Source: a plasmid
Length of the DNA: 64,000 bases
Sequence record: NZ_CP027239.1
Reading direction: 5' to 3' (one strand)
Below the pieces are notes generated by a model, which did not search any database, was not told where the DNA came from, and saw only the letters and a list, made by a program, of their open reading frames with translations. Positions within the stretch are counted from its first letter, which is position 1, and every line of letters starts with the position of its first letter. The translations under genes and the position numbers were made by a program. Below are positions 38,141-47,727 of the stretch, piece after piece.

Positions 38141-38875
38141 ATGGCGACCATGCCTGCCTCAAACGCAGACACTCCCTGGAAGGAACCCCTCCACGATCCG
38201 GGACCCGTGGTCGTGTTCGACATAGACGGCGTCCTGGCCGACATGCGGCCATTCCAGTACCTGATCGAAGCAGAGACCAGCCGACAGAAGCAGTGGAAGG
38301 AGTTCCACCGCAAGTTCGAGAAGGCCGCCCCGATCAAGGCAGGCCTGATAACCGCCAAACGCATCTACAACGAGCTCGACATCGACCTGGCCTATTCGAC
38401 AACGCGCCCTGAGCAGCATGCGCGGCGAACACTGCGCTGGTTCGAGCACCACAATCTGCCCATGGGGCCAATCCAGTTCCGGCACTTCGTGCGGGATGGG
38501 CCGCGGCCGGCGATCGAAGTGAAGCTGCGGCACTGGTGGTACTGGCAGGACCGCTGGGCCGAGCAGAATCCGGTGCTGGCGTGGATCGAGGACGACCCGG
38601 CCTCCATGCACGGCCTGCGCGCACACGGCTGTCCGGCGTGGGGACCGAACGAACTAAAGGTCGCCAGCCGCAAGCACGGATCGCTGAAAGCTGCGCTGGA
38701 AGCGGGCCCTGTCGACTGGGCGGTGCTGGAGAAGGCGAAGAAGGACAGCTACAAGAAGTGGCGCGTCGCCGAAGACGAGTGGCAGGCCGTGCGCAAGCAG
38801 TGGTGGCAGGAAGAACGGCAACGGCAGAGGCAGCGGCGCTCTCGGGGCAACGCTCGCGGCCAGGGCGGGCGCTAG
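38141..38875 (+). CDS. HAD-superfamily phosphatase-like protein (possible nucleotidase / polynucleotide phosphatase)
   Basis: HAD motif I VVFDIDGVLAD. Basic Lys/Arg/Gln-rich C-terminal tail. GGGAGG RBS before ATG 38141. Confidence 0.5.
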   Translation: MATMPASNADTPWKEPLHDPGPVVVFDIDGVLADMRPFQYLIEAETSRQKQWKEFHRKFEKAAPIKAGLITAKRIYNELDIDLAYSTTRPEQHARRTLRWFEHHNLPMGPIQFRHFVRDGPRPAIEVKLRHWWYWQDRWAEQNPVLAWIEDDPASMHGLRAHGCPAWGPNELKVASRKHGSLKAALEAGPVDWAVLEKAKKDSYKKWRVAEDEWQAVRKQWWQEERQRQRQRRSRGNARGQGGR

Positions 38876-38929
38876 GCTCCAGCCCGTACACACAAACCCA
38901 CCCCTGCCAGTTGGGAGCCCCCCTTTCCC

Positions 38930-40744
38930 GTGACTGACACCTTCACGGGGCGGCCACGCGCAGCACGTCTACCAGAGGCGTTCTTGGCCGCTCTTCGCGA
39001 GCGGATTGATCTGGCCGAGGTCGCCTCCGACTACGTCGACCTCAAGCCGGCTGGTGCAGCCCGGCTCAAAGGTCTGTGCCCGGTGCACGCCGAGAACACC
39101 CCGTCGTTCGTGGTGTCGACGGACTCTCACCGCTACCACTGCTTCGGTTGCGGCGCCGACGGTGACGCGATCGGCTTACTCACCGATGTCGGTGGCCTGA
39201 CCTTCCGAGAAGCGGTCGAAACGCTGGCGAGCAGGGTCGGATTGGCGATGCCCGAAGCCGGAGAACGGGCCGACGTCCCGGACTCAAAGACCGCGTTGCG
39301 GGACGTTCTCGCTCGCTGCCAGCCGCTACTGCACTCTTGGCTGCTGGACTCGCCGGGCGGCGCAGGTGCACGACGGTTCCTGACCGACCGTGGTTTCGGC
39401 GCCGAGCACGCCTCCCTGTGGGGGCTGGGTTTCAACCCAGGTGGCGGCATGCTTCACCAGGCGCTGGGGGAGGCTGACCAGCAGGCCCTGGCTGATGCCG
39501 GAATGTCCGCGCGCAGTGAACGGGGCCGGGTCTACGACGTGTTCCACGACCGTCTGGTGTGGCCCTTGCGCGATGCGCAGGGACGCATTGTCGGCTACGC
39601 CGGCCGGGACCTTGACGGCTCCTCGAGGGCGAAATACCTCAATACCCGCGATACGGCGCTCTACACCAAGCACGAGGTGCTTTTCGGGCTGCACTTGGCG
39701 CGACGACACATGCTGCAACGCAAGCAGGTGATCCTGGTGGAGGGCTACACCGACGTGATGGCGATGGTCGATGCGGGCCTGGAGAACACGTGTGCTCCGT
39801 GCGGCACCGCGGTGACCGAATCGCACGCAGATCTGATCGCGGCCCGCATCGGCGACGGTGGGGAAGTGGTGACCGGGTTCGACAACGACGACGCCGGGCG
39901 TGCCGCAGCCTGGCGCACCTTCTTGGCGGTGCAGCGGTTCACCAGTTCGGTCACGTGCCTGGATCTGAGCGCGCTACCTGGCAAGGCGGATCCGTGCGAC
40001 GTTCGCGCCGAAAGCGGGAACCAGGCGCTGGTACAGCTGGTGGAGGGCAGGCAGCCCCTCCTGCGGACGTTGCTGCGTAGCGACATTGCCCGCCACGACC
40101 TTGGCGAGCCTGAGCAGAAGGCCGCGGCCCGCGATGCGGTCGCCAAACGTCTGGCTGAGGTCACCGACCCGGTACTGGTGCGTGAATACACCAGGCTGGC
40201 AGCCCAATGGATCGGCATCGAGGTGTCCGATCTGCCTTCGCGTGGCGGTCACACCGTTGGGTCACGGCGCGCGGTGTCGGCTGCTCCCGCCGCACCGGTG
40301 GCCGGTCCCAGCGAGGCCGAGTTGGCGGTGGCGGCGTTCCTGATCGCTAACCCCGATCAGATCGACGACGCCTGTTGGTACGGCAATGGCTCACTCGCCG
40401 GACTGCTGGGGGCGCAGATGGCTGAACTCGTCGAGGCATCGGCAGCGATGTTCCCGGCCGGTCGTCCGGCTGCCGGCAGCGAGGCGGCGCCGGTGTGGAA
40501 CGACGCGTTGCGGGAGGTGCTGGACGATGCGGCGCACCCGTTGATCACTCCCGTGTGGCTGACTGACCCGCCTCCGCCTGCGGATATGTCGGCACTGCTG
40601 CGGCGCACCGCCAAGGCCCGTTGCTGGGCGCGGCTGCAAGCCGTGCAGGAACGTATCGACAACGCGGTCGGGCAGGACTGGAAGTCGTTGATGGACGAGT
40701 ACGAGGCCCTCCGTGCGCAGTGGCGGGAGCTGCAGGCGTTGTAA
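38930..40744 (+). CDS. dnaG: DnaG-type DNA primase (zinc-binding + TOPRIM domains)
   Basis: CHC2 zinc finger CPVHAENTPSF...YHCFGCGADGD. RNA-polymerase core. TOPRIM ILVEGYTDVMA and DNDDAGRAA. Confidence 0.85.
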   Translation: MTDTFTGRPRAARLPEAFLAALRERIDLAEVASDYVDLKPAGAARLKGLCPVHAENTPSFVVSTDSHRYHCFGCGADGDAIGLLTDVGGLTFREAVETLASRVGLAMPEAGERADVPDSKTALRDVLARCQPLLHSWLLDSPGGAGARRFLTDRGFGAEHASLWGLGFNPGGGMLHQALGEADQQALADAGMSARSERGRVYDVFHDRLVWPLRDAQGRIVGYAGRDLDGSSRAKYLNTRDTALYTKHEVLFGLHLARRHMLQRKQVILVEGYTDVMAMVDAGLENTCAPCGTAVTESHADLIAARIGDGGEVVTGFDNDDAGRAAAWRTFLAVQRFTSSVTCLDLSALPGKADPCDVRAESGNQALVQLVEGRQPLLRTLLRSDIARHDLGEPEQKAAARDAVAKRLAEVTDPVLVREYTRLAAQWIGIEVSDLPSRGGHTVGSRRAVSAAPAAPVAGPSEAELAVAAFLIANPDQIDDACWYGNGSLAGLLGAQMAELVEASAAMFPAGRPAAGSEAAPVWNDALREVLDDAAHPLITPVWLTDPPPPADMSALLRRTAKARCWARLQAVQERIDNAVGQDWKSLMDEYEALRAQWRELQAL

Positions 40745-40825
40745 GCGCTGCTCGCGCGGGACGCCACAGTGTCGGACCCGGCTCCTACGGTGAGTCCACA
40801 CTCGCCAGCTGTCTAGGAGGACCCC

Positions 40826-41605
40826 ATGGCCGAAAGCGTTTTTGCCCGCCAGCCCAAGCCGCGGATGCGGCAGCAGCGCAACAACTCGGTGGCGTCGGCC
40901 CTGGACGGGCCTGCCGGCGGCATCGACGAGGCGCAGTTGTCGATCGTGCCCGATGCCGATGAGCCGACCTTCGACGATGTCGTCGACACCGCTGGCCCGG
41001 CCGCCGCGCTCGAGCAGGATCCCGCCCCGCAGGGCGACCCCGCTCCGGACGTCGAGCCTGCCGACCACCCGGACGAGCCCGCAGATTCAGCCTTGAGCGA
41101 CGGTGCTGCCGAGGCGCCGACGACGAAGGATGCGGGGACGACGAAGTCAAGAGCCAAGACCACCGACGCCGAGGACAGCGCCGTAGCCCCCGCGAACGGC
41201 CCTGAGACGGCCGAGCCCACCCCAGATGACACCCGGGCCCCGGACGCCGATGATGAGCCCGCACAGCAGGCCCCAGAGCCCGACACCGATTCCGCACCGG
41301 CTCCTGCTTCGGCCACGAAGACCGGCAAGACCGCTGCGTCCAAGGCCCGCACCTCCCACCGCACTGCCGAACCCGCTCCACCGGTCGGCAGTGGCGCCGC
41401 ACTGGCCGTGATCAACCCCGACGGGTCTGTCACCGTCGACGCTGGCATCCACCTCATCGACTTGCGCGAGGTAGCGGCCCAGGACGATCCGCACGCCCTG
41501 GTCGACATGCTCGGCGCCCTGCGCGCCGTTACCGACGGTGACCTGCGTCAGCACGTCACCGCGGAGATCAGCGCAGCGATCACGGCGGCTGCACTTCGGG
41601 CCTGA
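40826..41605 (+). CDS. acidic, largely disordered protein (259 aa)
   Basis: AGGAGG RBS. Pro/Asp/Ala/Glu/Thr-rich low complexity with a structured C-terminal 60 aa. Confidence 0.5.
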   Translation: MAESVFARQPKPRMRQQRNNSVASALDGPAGGIDEAQLSIVPDADEPTFDDVVDTAGPAAALEQDPAPQGDPAPDVEPADHPDEPADSALSDGAAEAPTTKDAGTTKSRAKTTDAEDSAVAPANGPETAEPTPDDTRAPDADDEPAQQAPEPDTDSAPAPASATKTGKTAASKARTSHRTAEPAPPVGSGAALAVINPDGSVTVDAGIHLIDLREVAAQDDPHALVDMLGALRAVTDGDLRQHVTAEISAAITAAALRA

Positions 41606-41623
41606 CCTCCGGTACGAAAGAGC

Positions 41624-41668
41624 AGCGGCGGGGCCTCGAGTTGAGGCCCCGCCGCTGTCGTGTTTCCG
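41624..41668. terminator. bidirectional rho-independent terminator
   Basis: gcggcggggcctc-gagtt-gaggccccgccgc is a perfect 13-bp stem followed by tgtcgtgtttcc. Lies between convergent genes. Confidence 0.55.
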
Positions 41669-41676
41669 CTACCGGC

Positions 41677-44600
41677 TTAGGTGCGAGCTGCGAGCTCCTC
41701 GCCGAGAGTGGCCAGCCACCGCTGGTGCCACTGGATGGCGTTGGTGTCGCCGGCGACCTTGAGGGTGTCGAACGCATCGTGCTTCTCGCCCGAGGTGTAG
41801 TACATCGGGTTCGTCGCCAGCTCGATCAGACCGGTCTTGTCCTTGACCAGAGCTTGGACCAGGCCGGGCAGCATCGCCGGCAGGTTCGACAGGTCCGTCG
41901 GATTACCCAGGCCTGCAGTGTCGAAGGCTTCACCCACCCGGTCAGTGACCAGGCCGAGGTTCTCCGCGGCGCGCTCACCGGCCTTGGGCAGGCCCTCGAT
42001 GATCGCGGGAATGTCCTGCAGCTGCTCGATCACCTCGGGAATCGCGGTCGGCAGCTGCGTGATCGTCGTGGCGATCAGCGCCGTGCCGGCCGGCACATCA
42101 CCGACGTGGATCAGCCCCACTCCAGCAACCAGGTTGATGATCGCGATGATGGTCTCCGGGCTCAGCTTGAGGTCGGGAAGACCTGTCACCTGCAGCACCG
42201 TGTCTACTGCCTGCACCGCGAGCATGCCGCCCATACGGGTGGGCCCGTCTGCGTTGGCCAGGTCGTTGACGTTGAGCGCCACATTGCGGCCCAGCTGCAC
42301 CAGGGACCGGGCCAGCTGCGAGTCCTCGGGGAGCGAACAGACGATGTCGCCCGGCACGCACGGTGAGGCGACGCGGCCGGTCAGCTCACCGAAGTCGGCC
42401 TCACGGGGGCCGGACAGTCCACCGCCGGACACCGCCTGCATCGTGATTTCCTCGACATCGACCCGCTCGCCCTCACGCGACTTCGTGCTTGAGGGGGCAG
42501 AGGCTGTTGCGGTCGCTGCGGGAGCACTGGTGGAGGCTTCCGGCGCCGCGCCGGCCGCGCGACGCTGCGACGTTGTCGGTTCGGAGCCGGCTGCCCGGCG
42601 CTGCGAGGTCGTCGGCTCAGCACCGGCTTCACGCTGAGTGGTCGAACTGGCCTCGTTGTCCGCTGTGGTTGCCGCCGTGGGCCTGGGTTGGCCCTGTTCG
42701 TCGGCGGTTTCCGGGGCCTGGTCCTCAGTGGTGGTGCTGACGCTGTCCTGCCCCGAGTCGGTGGTGCCCTGGTCCGCGTAGCGATCGGTGGTGGTGGCCT
42801 GGCCTTCGCTCACCGTTGTCTGTGCGGCGGTCGTCGCGGGCCCCGCGGGTGCGGGAACCTCGGCCGCCACATCGGTGACGGGGGGAAGCGAGGGCACGCC
42901 TCGTGACGCGGCGCCGCTGGCGCAGTCCTCGAACGACTTGGTCAGGCACTCTTCGGCGAACGCGGCGGGGAGTTGGTCACGGCTGGGGGCGCCGTCCGTG
43001 GTCTCGGCTTCTGCTCGAGCGGTGGCGGCCACCAGGGAGGCGGTGGTGACGGCGGATTCGGCCTCCCCTGAACCATTGGCGTGGGCGCTGATGCAGTCCT
43101 GCAGCGTCATCGTGCCGCACCCGCCGATGGCGTACAGCGATTCCACGGCGCGGGGCCGTGACCGTTCGTCGCTGGCAGTTCGGCCTAGTTGCCAGCCCTG
43201 GGTCAGCAGGGTCCGCGCTTCGTCGGCGCCGGCAGCGTCGTCGGAACCTTCCTGCTGCACAACGACCATGCCCGCTTCTTCGTTGTCGGCCAGGGCCAGA
43301 GTCTTGGTCTCTGCAGTCGCCGGGTTGAGCAGGTAGGAGATCCCTGACGGCACCGACAGGTTGCCTCCGGTGAAGGCACGCTGCGCGGCTGCTACCTGGG
43401 CGGCCAGGCCACTGCCGTAGGCCTGCATCACCTTGAGCTCGGCGGCGTTGGCCGGGGTCTCCCAGTAGGAGCGCACGTCGTCCCGGGCGGGGACGGCGGC
43501 GACGGACTTGATCTCGGTGCGGGTGACGCCGTGGGTGCAATCGTCTGCGCGTGGGCTGCTCTCGCACCCGTCGGTGGCGTCGGTGGCGATGGTGACCAGG
43601 GCGGTCGCGTTCGCCGGGCGGTTCTCGCCGGTGGCCTCTTCCATGTCGGCCGGCGGATGCGAGCCGCCGCAGGCCTCTGCGGATCCGCGGCCCAGGCACA
43701 TCTCGGCGAGGGTCTGGAGGTCGGCGGGGTCTCCGTCGGCTGTCACCAGGTTCTCGGCGTGCGGGTTGGTGCCGGTCTCGGCGCCGTCGCCTGCGGTGGC
43801 GGGCTCGGCGCCCTCGGCCGCCGTCTCGTCGTCGGTGTCGAGGGAGTTGCCGTTGTCGACGTAGCTGGTCAGGCAGGAGATGAGGCTGGCGTTGCCGCAG
43901 TCGCCGTCACGGAACGCTGCGGCGAACTCTTCTGACTGCTCGTCCGTCAGGTCGGCGCCCACGCTGTCCAGGATCTGCTGGCCGCTGACCGGTGCCCCTT
44001 CCCCGGGGGACTCGTCGTTGGCGAGGACGATGGCGGGTCCGCCGCCGGCGGGGCGGCTGTAGTCGCCGTGGACGGTCGAGGGGCCGGATGCCCCGTAGGG
44101 CAGCATGTAGAGCCCGTTGTTGATGTTGAGCGTGCCGTCGGCTTCGTAGTTGGCGCCGCCGATCTCGGGTAGCCCGCCACCGGTCTGCGGCAGGCCGCCA
44201 CCGGTCTGGGGTAGGCCGCCCCCTGTGCGTGCTCCGCCGTTGATTTCGGGCAGCCCTGAGCCGGTGTCGGGCAGCCCGCCCCCTCCGGCATCGGCACCGC
44301 CGCTAGCCCCGCCGCCGCTGCCACCGCTGGTGCCGGCTCCACCGTTGCCTGCCTGCGGCTGCAGAAGCTCTGCCGCCGACGACGGGATGCTGGGCAGCAG
44401 ATCCTGGCCGCTGAAAATGCGGGACAGGTCGTTGATCGGGTCGACGGCACTGCGCAGCTGCGCGAGGCTCGGATCCTTGAGCGCCTCGTCGATAGCGCCG
44501 GTGATGATCTCGGGGAGCATCGGCTGCTGCTGGGCCGTACCCACGATCAGATTGGAGTTCTCTTCACGGCGAGGGTCGGAGAACAGCACCACGCCGCCGA

Positions 44601-45321
44601 TACGCCCGGGGTCGACCGCGGTGCGCTTTTGTCCGATCTCCATCGCGGCGTTGCCGGCGATCTCGGCGCCCTGGGAGAACCCGGCCAGAAAGATCTGCGA
44701 CCCTTCGCACCGCTCGGCCACATCGACCACTGTCGCCAACGTTTTCTTCTGGCCACTGTCGACCGAGCGCTGGTAGGCGGTGCCGTTGACGCCGGCGTCG
44801 CCGTCGTAGTTGATGAACGTCGCCGACAGCTGGCCACCGAGGGCCTGCTTCAACGGGGCCACGAAGTTGCCGAGGAGTCCGACCGGTTGATTCGGGTCGT
44901 CGTCGCGGTTGATCTCGAACGTTCCGGGCACACCGATGAACACGTTCGGTGCGCAGTCCGGCCGGGTCGATGACTCGATCCCACCTGCCGGGGCGGACGT
45001 CTGCTGCTCGCGGAAACCACCCTCGGGGACGAACGGGTCAGCTGCGGCCCTGATGCCGCCGGCGATGTCCATTTCGCCTCCGCCGGCCTGCCCGAGTCCC
45101 GGGATGTTCGGCAGGTCCGGGGATCCGGGGATGGACGGCAGCGCCGCCCCGGCGCCGGAGTTGAGGACGGCTTGCAGGTCCTCCAACTGGGGCATCCCAG
45201 CGTCCTGGGCCTGCGCGGGAGCTGCCAGTCCGGCGGTCAGGACGACGGCAGCGGAAACTGCACCCACGGATTGCAGGGCCACTTGCATCCGAGTCGGCCT
45301 GAATTTGGGTGGATGAACCAT
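41677..45321 (-). CDS. giant secreted protein: signal peptide + cutinase-like serine hydrolase domain + Gly-rich repeats + long acidic/Thr-rich region (1214 aa)
   Basis: Signal peptide AVVLTAGLAAPAQAQD. Cutinase-like nucleophile elbow IFLAGFSQGAEIAG in an about 200-aa N-terminal domain. GGGLPQTGGGLPQTGGGLPEIGG repeats. Several Cys pairs. C-terminal region of hydrophobic, helix-like Ile/Leu/Val-rich segments (IIAIINLVAGVGLIH). Confidence 0.7.
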   Translation of the reverse strand: MVHPPKFRPTRMQVALQSVGAVSAAVVLTAGLAAPAQAQDAGMPQLEDLQAVLNSGAGAALPSIPGSPDLPNIPGLGQAGGGEMDIAGGIRAAADPFVPEGGFREQQTSAPAGGIESSTRPDCAPNVFIGVPGTFEINRDDDPNQPVGLLGNFVAPLKQALGGQLSATFINYDGDAGVNGTAYQRSVDSGQKKTLATVVDVAERCEGSQIFLAGFSQGAEIAGNAAMEIGQKRTAVDPGRIGGVVLFSDPRREENSNLIVGTAQQQPMLPEIITGAIDEALKDPSLAQLRSAVDPINDLSRIFSGQDLLPSIPSSAAELLQPQAGNGGAGTSGGSGGGASGGADAGGGGLPDTGSGLPEINGGARTGGGLPQTGGGLPQTGGGLPEIGGANYEADGTLNINNGLYMLPYGASGPSTVHGDYSRPAGGGPAIVLANDESPGEGAPVSGQQILDSVGADLTDEQSEEFAAAFRDGDCGNASLISCLTSYVDNGNSLDTDDETAAEGAEPATAGDGAETGTNPHAENLVTADGDPADLQTLAEMCLGRGSAEACGGSHPPADMEEATGENRPANATALVTIATDATDGCESSPRADDCTHGVTRTEIKSVAAVPARDDVRSYWETPANAAELKVMQAYGSGLAAQVAAAQRAFTGGNLSVPSGISYLLNPATAETKTLALADNEEAGMVVVQQEGSDDAAGADEARTLLTQGWQLGRTASDERSRPRAVESLYAIGGCGTMTLQDCISAHANGSGEAESAVTTASLVAATARAEAETTDGAPSRDQLPAAFAEECLTKSFEDCASGAASRGVPSLPPVTDVAAEVPAPAGPATTAAQTTVSEGQATTTDRYADQGTTDSGQDSVSTTTEDQAPETADEQGQPRPTAATTADNEASSTTQREAGAEPTTSQRRAAGSEPTTSQRRAAGAAPEASTSAPAATATASAPSSTKSREGERVDVEEITMQAVSGGGLSGPREADFGELTGRVASPCVPGDIVCSLPEDSQLARSLVQLGRNVALNVNDLANADGPTRMGGMLAVQAVDTVLQVTGLPDLKLSPETIIAIINLVAGVGLIHVGDVPAGTALIATTITQLPTAIPEVIEQLQDIPAIIEGLPKAGERAAENLGLVTDRVGEAFDTAGLGNPTDLSNLPAMLPGLVQALVKDKTGLIELATNPMYYTSGEKHDAFDTLKVAGDTNAIQWHQRWLATLGEELAART
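44168..44232. repeat. 18-bp coding tandem repeats (Gly-Gly-Leu-Pro-Gln/Glu-Thr units)
   Basis: (c/g)AGgCCGCCACCGGTCTGgGG reiterated three times. Confidence 0.4.
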
Positions 45322-45482
45322 GACGGTCCCCTTTTAAGTTGAGCAGATTGATTCCGATGTGCCGTCAACGGTAACAGAGAGGCATGCCGCAATCTTCGGC
45401 AAAAATGGCCCCGACGCTGCACTGATGCCGCGCAGACGGCGGCAGTGACACGCCCCGCGACGGCGGCTCTATCCTGGCCCGC

Positions 45483-46580
45483 ATGACCGATCCATCGGTG
45501 GCGGACATCGCCGCCACCATCGCCGCAGCCGAGACGCTGATCGGCGCCACCAGCAGCGCTGACGCCCACGCGGACCTGGCGGGCTACCTGCGCGAGTCGC
45601 AGATGGTGCTGCCGCTTCCTGAGCTCGACACCGAAGACGCCGCCATGGTGTGCGTCGATGGGGCGGTGGCCTGCGAGCAAACCGACACCCTGGCCTGGAT
45701 CGCCGCTGTCGCCACGGACAGCACCTCGCGGGTGATGCGGCGCAAGACCATGGTCGTTCCGGTGTCGTCGTCGATGGACCAGGTGCGGTCGGCGGTGATG
45801 GGCCTGTGCGAGATGTCAGCGGCGGTCGAGCTGTACGACTGCGGGATTGACGCGTGGATGGACGGGGGCCTGGTCACCCCGCTTCTGTCTGTGGCCACCG
45901 CCCTGCAGTCGGCGGACCCGCAAACGGCCACCGCCCTGTGTGACCTGCTGGATGAGGTCGACGCCGCCGCGATCATCGACGGCTACGTCGACCACGCCAC
46001 CCAGGGGTCCATGTCGGCGCTGCCCAAGCAGGACACGGCGAGCTCGTTCTGCATGGCGTGGTCGCAGGTCGACGCCCTGGACGAGCAAACCCGGCTCTGG
46101 CTGCCGCGCCGGCGGGACCGCACGGTCGCCGCGGCGGTGATCGGTGACGGACAGTTCTTGGCGCCGCGCCGGGGAGTGGAGGCGCTGCGGGTGGCGGCGA
46201 AACCTCCGAAGTCAGGGCACCGTCGAGCTACGGCGTGGGCCCGCGTGCTGGAGGACTTGATGGCGGACTGGCGGGAACTGGTCCATCCCTGGGTCACCTA
46301 CGCCGTCCCTGCCGGAGCGACGATTGGCAGGGCCGTGAAGGTCGAGCTGACCGCGCCGGCTACAGCCAGCTCCAGTGAGGTCGTCGAACTGGCAGGGCGC
46401 CGCGCGGGGCAGGCCTGCGCCGGGCTGACTGGTTCGCGGGTGATCGAGCCGTACCAGCAGTACGTCGTCGACCACCTCGCGAAAACCGAAGTCCGGGGGC
46501 TTCTTTCCCGCCTAGTCGGGCAGGCCCAGTCTGCTCTGATGCGCGATCATCCCGGCGCCGTGTCGCATTTTCGGAGCTGA
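45483..46580 (+). CDS. hypothetical protein (365 aa)
   Basis: Complete ORF with coding-like composition. Weak RBS. Confidence 0.4.
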   Translation: MTDPSVADIAATIAAAETLIGATSSADAHADLAGYLRESQMVLPLPELDTEDAAMVCVDGAVACEQTDTLAWIAAVATDSTSRVMRRKTMVVPVSSSMDQVRSAVMGLCEMSAAVELYDCGIDAWMDGGLVTPLLSVATALQSADPQTATALCDLLDEVDAAAIIDGYVDHATQGSMSALPKQDTASSFCMAWSQVDALDEQTRLWLPRRRDRTVAAAVIGDGQFLAPRRGVEALRVAAKPPKSGHRRATAWARVLEDLMADWRELVHPWVTYAVPAGATIGRAVKVELTAPATASSSEVVELAGRRAGQACAGLTGSRVIEPYQQYVVDHLAKTEVRGLLSRLVGQAQSALMRDHPGAVSHFRS

Positions 46581-46586
46581 GCAGGG

Positions 46587-47540
46587 CTACCCGTTGATGA
46601 TGCCGACGATGGAGTACGTGCCGTCTGTCTCTTCGACGTAGATCGTCTGCTCGTCTTCGGTGCGGACGAGCTCCTGGCCGTCACTGCGGAACACGATCAA
46701 GTCGACGAGGAACACGTCCTCCTCGCCCTCCTGTGGGCGCATCTTGAGGCAGTGAGCGGTCTCTTCCGGCAGTTCGTCGATCGCTTCCTGCAGCGACTCG
46801 GCGGTCGTCCCGGTGATCTCGTCCGACATGAACCCTCGCGCCGCGGTGCCGTTGCGGTCCACGTAGTAAGCGTGGTCGAACGCGAGGATCACGTCGGTGC
46901 CACTGTCGCGCGACCCTGGACCATTGCCGGCCACCGTGCCTCGAGGACTGTCCGAGCACTCTTCGTCTGCGGCGGCCTGGGCGCTCTGAACTGCGGGCGC
47001 CTGCGAGGTCGACGTCGCCGAAGACGTCGCGGTCGTCTGCTGTGGCTCGGGAATCCGCAACGGTTCCCCGTCGTCGTCACCGTCGCCCAGCAGCCCGGAC
47101 AGCGGGCCCATGGTGATCAACGCCCAGACCATGGCCGCCAGGATCGCCACGACCAGGACAATCACGATCGCGACACCGAGGCAGCCGGACCTGCGGCTGG
47201 GTTCTGGCTCACGCTCAGTCTCCGGGCTGGGCACCGGGTCGATCTCGGTGCCGCCACTTTGGGTGACCGCGCGGGCGCGGGTGCGGCGGCTGCGGGATCT
47301 CGCCACGGCCGGCTGGTTCGCGAACTCCTCGATCGGGGGAGGGGCGAGCATGCCGTCGTCGTCGTCGTGATCGGCGTCGGCGTCGTAGGACAGGATCGCC
47401 GGAGACGCGGCCGACATTGCAGCTGTGCGGTCGGGTTCGGCGGGGGACGGTCTCGCGTGAGGGGCGGTGTCAGCTACGTACGGTTCGACGTCCTGGTCGT
47501 CGTCCCAGTCGTCGTCCCAGTCATCGTCATGGTCAGCCAT
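46587..47540 (-). CDS. single-pass membrane protein with highly acidic N-terminus (317 aa)
   Basis: DDDWDDDWDDD N-terminus. Transmembrane helix LGVAIVIVLVVAILAAMVWALI. Extracytoplasmic C-terminal domain. Start uncertain. Confidence 0.45.
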   Translation of the reverse strand: MADHDDDWDDDWDDDQDVEPYVADTAPHARPSPAEPDRTAAMSAASPAILSYDADADHDDDDGMLAPPPIEEFANQPAVARSRSRRTRARAVTQSGGTEIDPVPSPETEREPEPSRRSGCLGVAIVIVLVVAILAAMVWALITMGPLSGLLGDGDDDGEPLRIPEPQQTTATSSATSTSQAPAVQSAQAAADEECSDSPRGTVAGNGPGSRDSGTDVILAFDHAYYVDRNGTAARGFMSDEITGTTAESLQEAIDELPEETAHCLKMRPQEGEEDVFLVDLIVFRSDGQELVRTEDEQTIYVEETDGTYSIVGIING

Positions 47541-47727
47541 AGTTGGTAGACGGGCCGATAGGCGGCGTCGTCGTTCCCCTTTCCTCGCGGATTACTCCTC
47601 GCTACCTGCCCAGGTGGAAGAGGCGCTCGCTGATGGTGGCTTCACCCTAAGGGCCGCTCATGCCGCCACTGCCCGCTGAAATGGCGACGGCCCCCGAGGC
47701 ATACTCGGGGGCCGCAAAGTGGCGAGG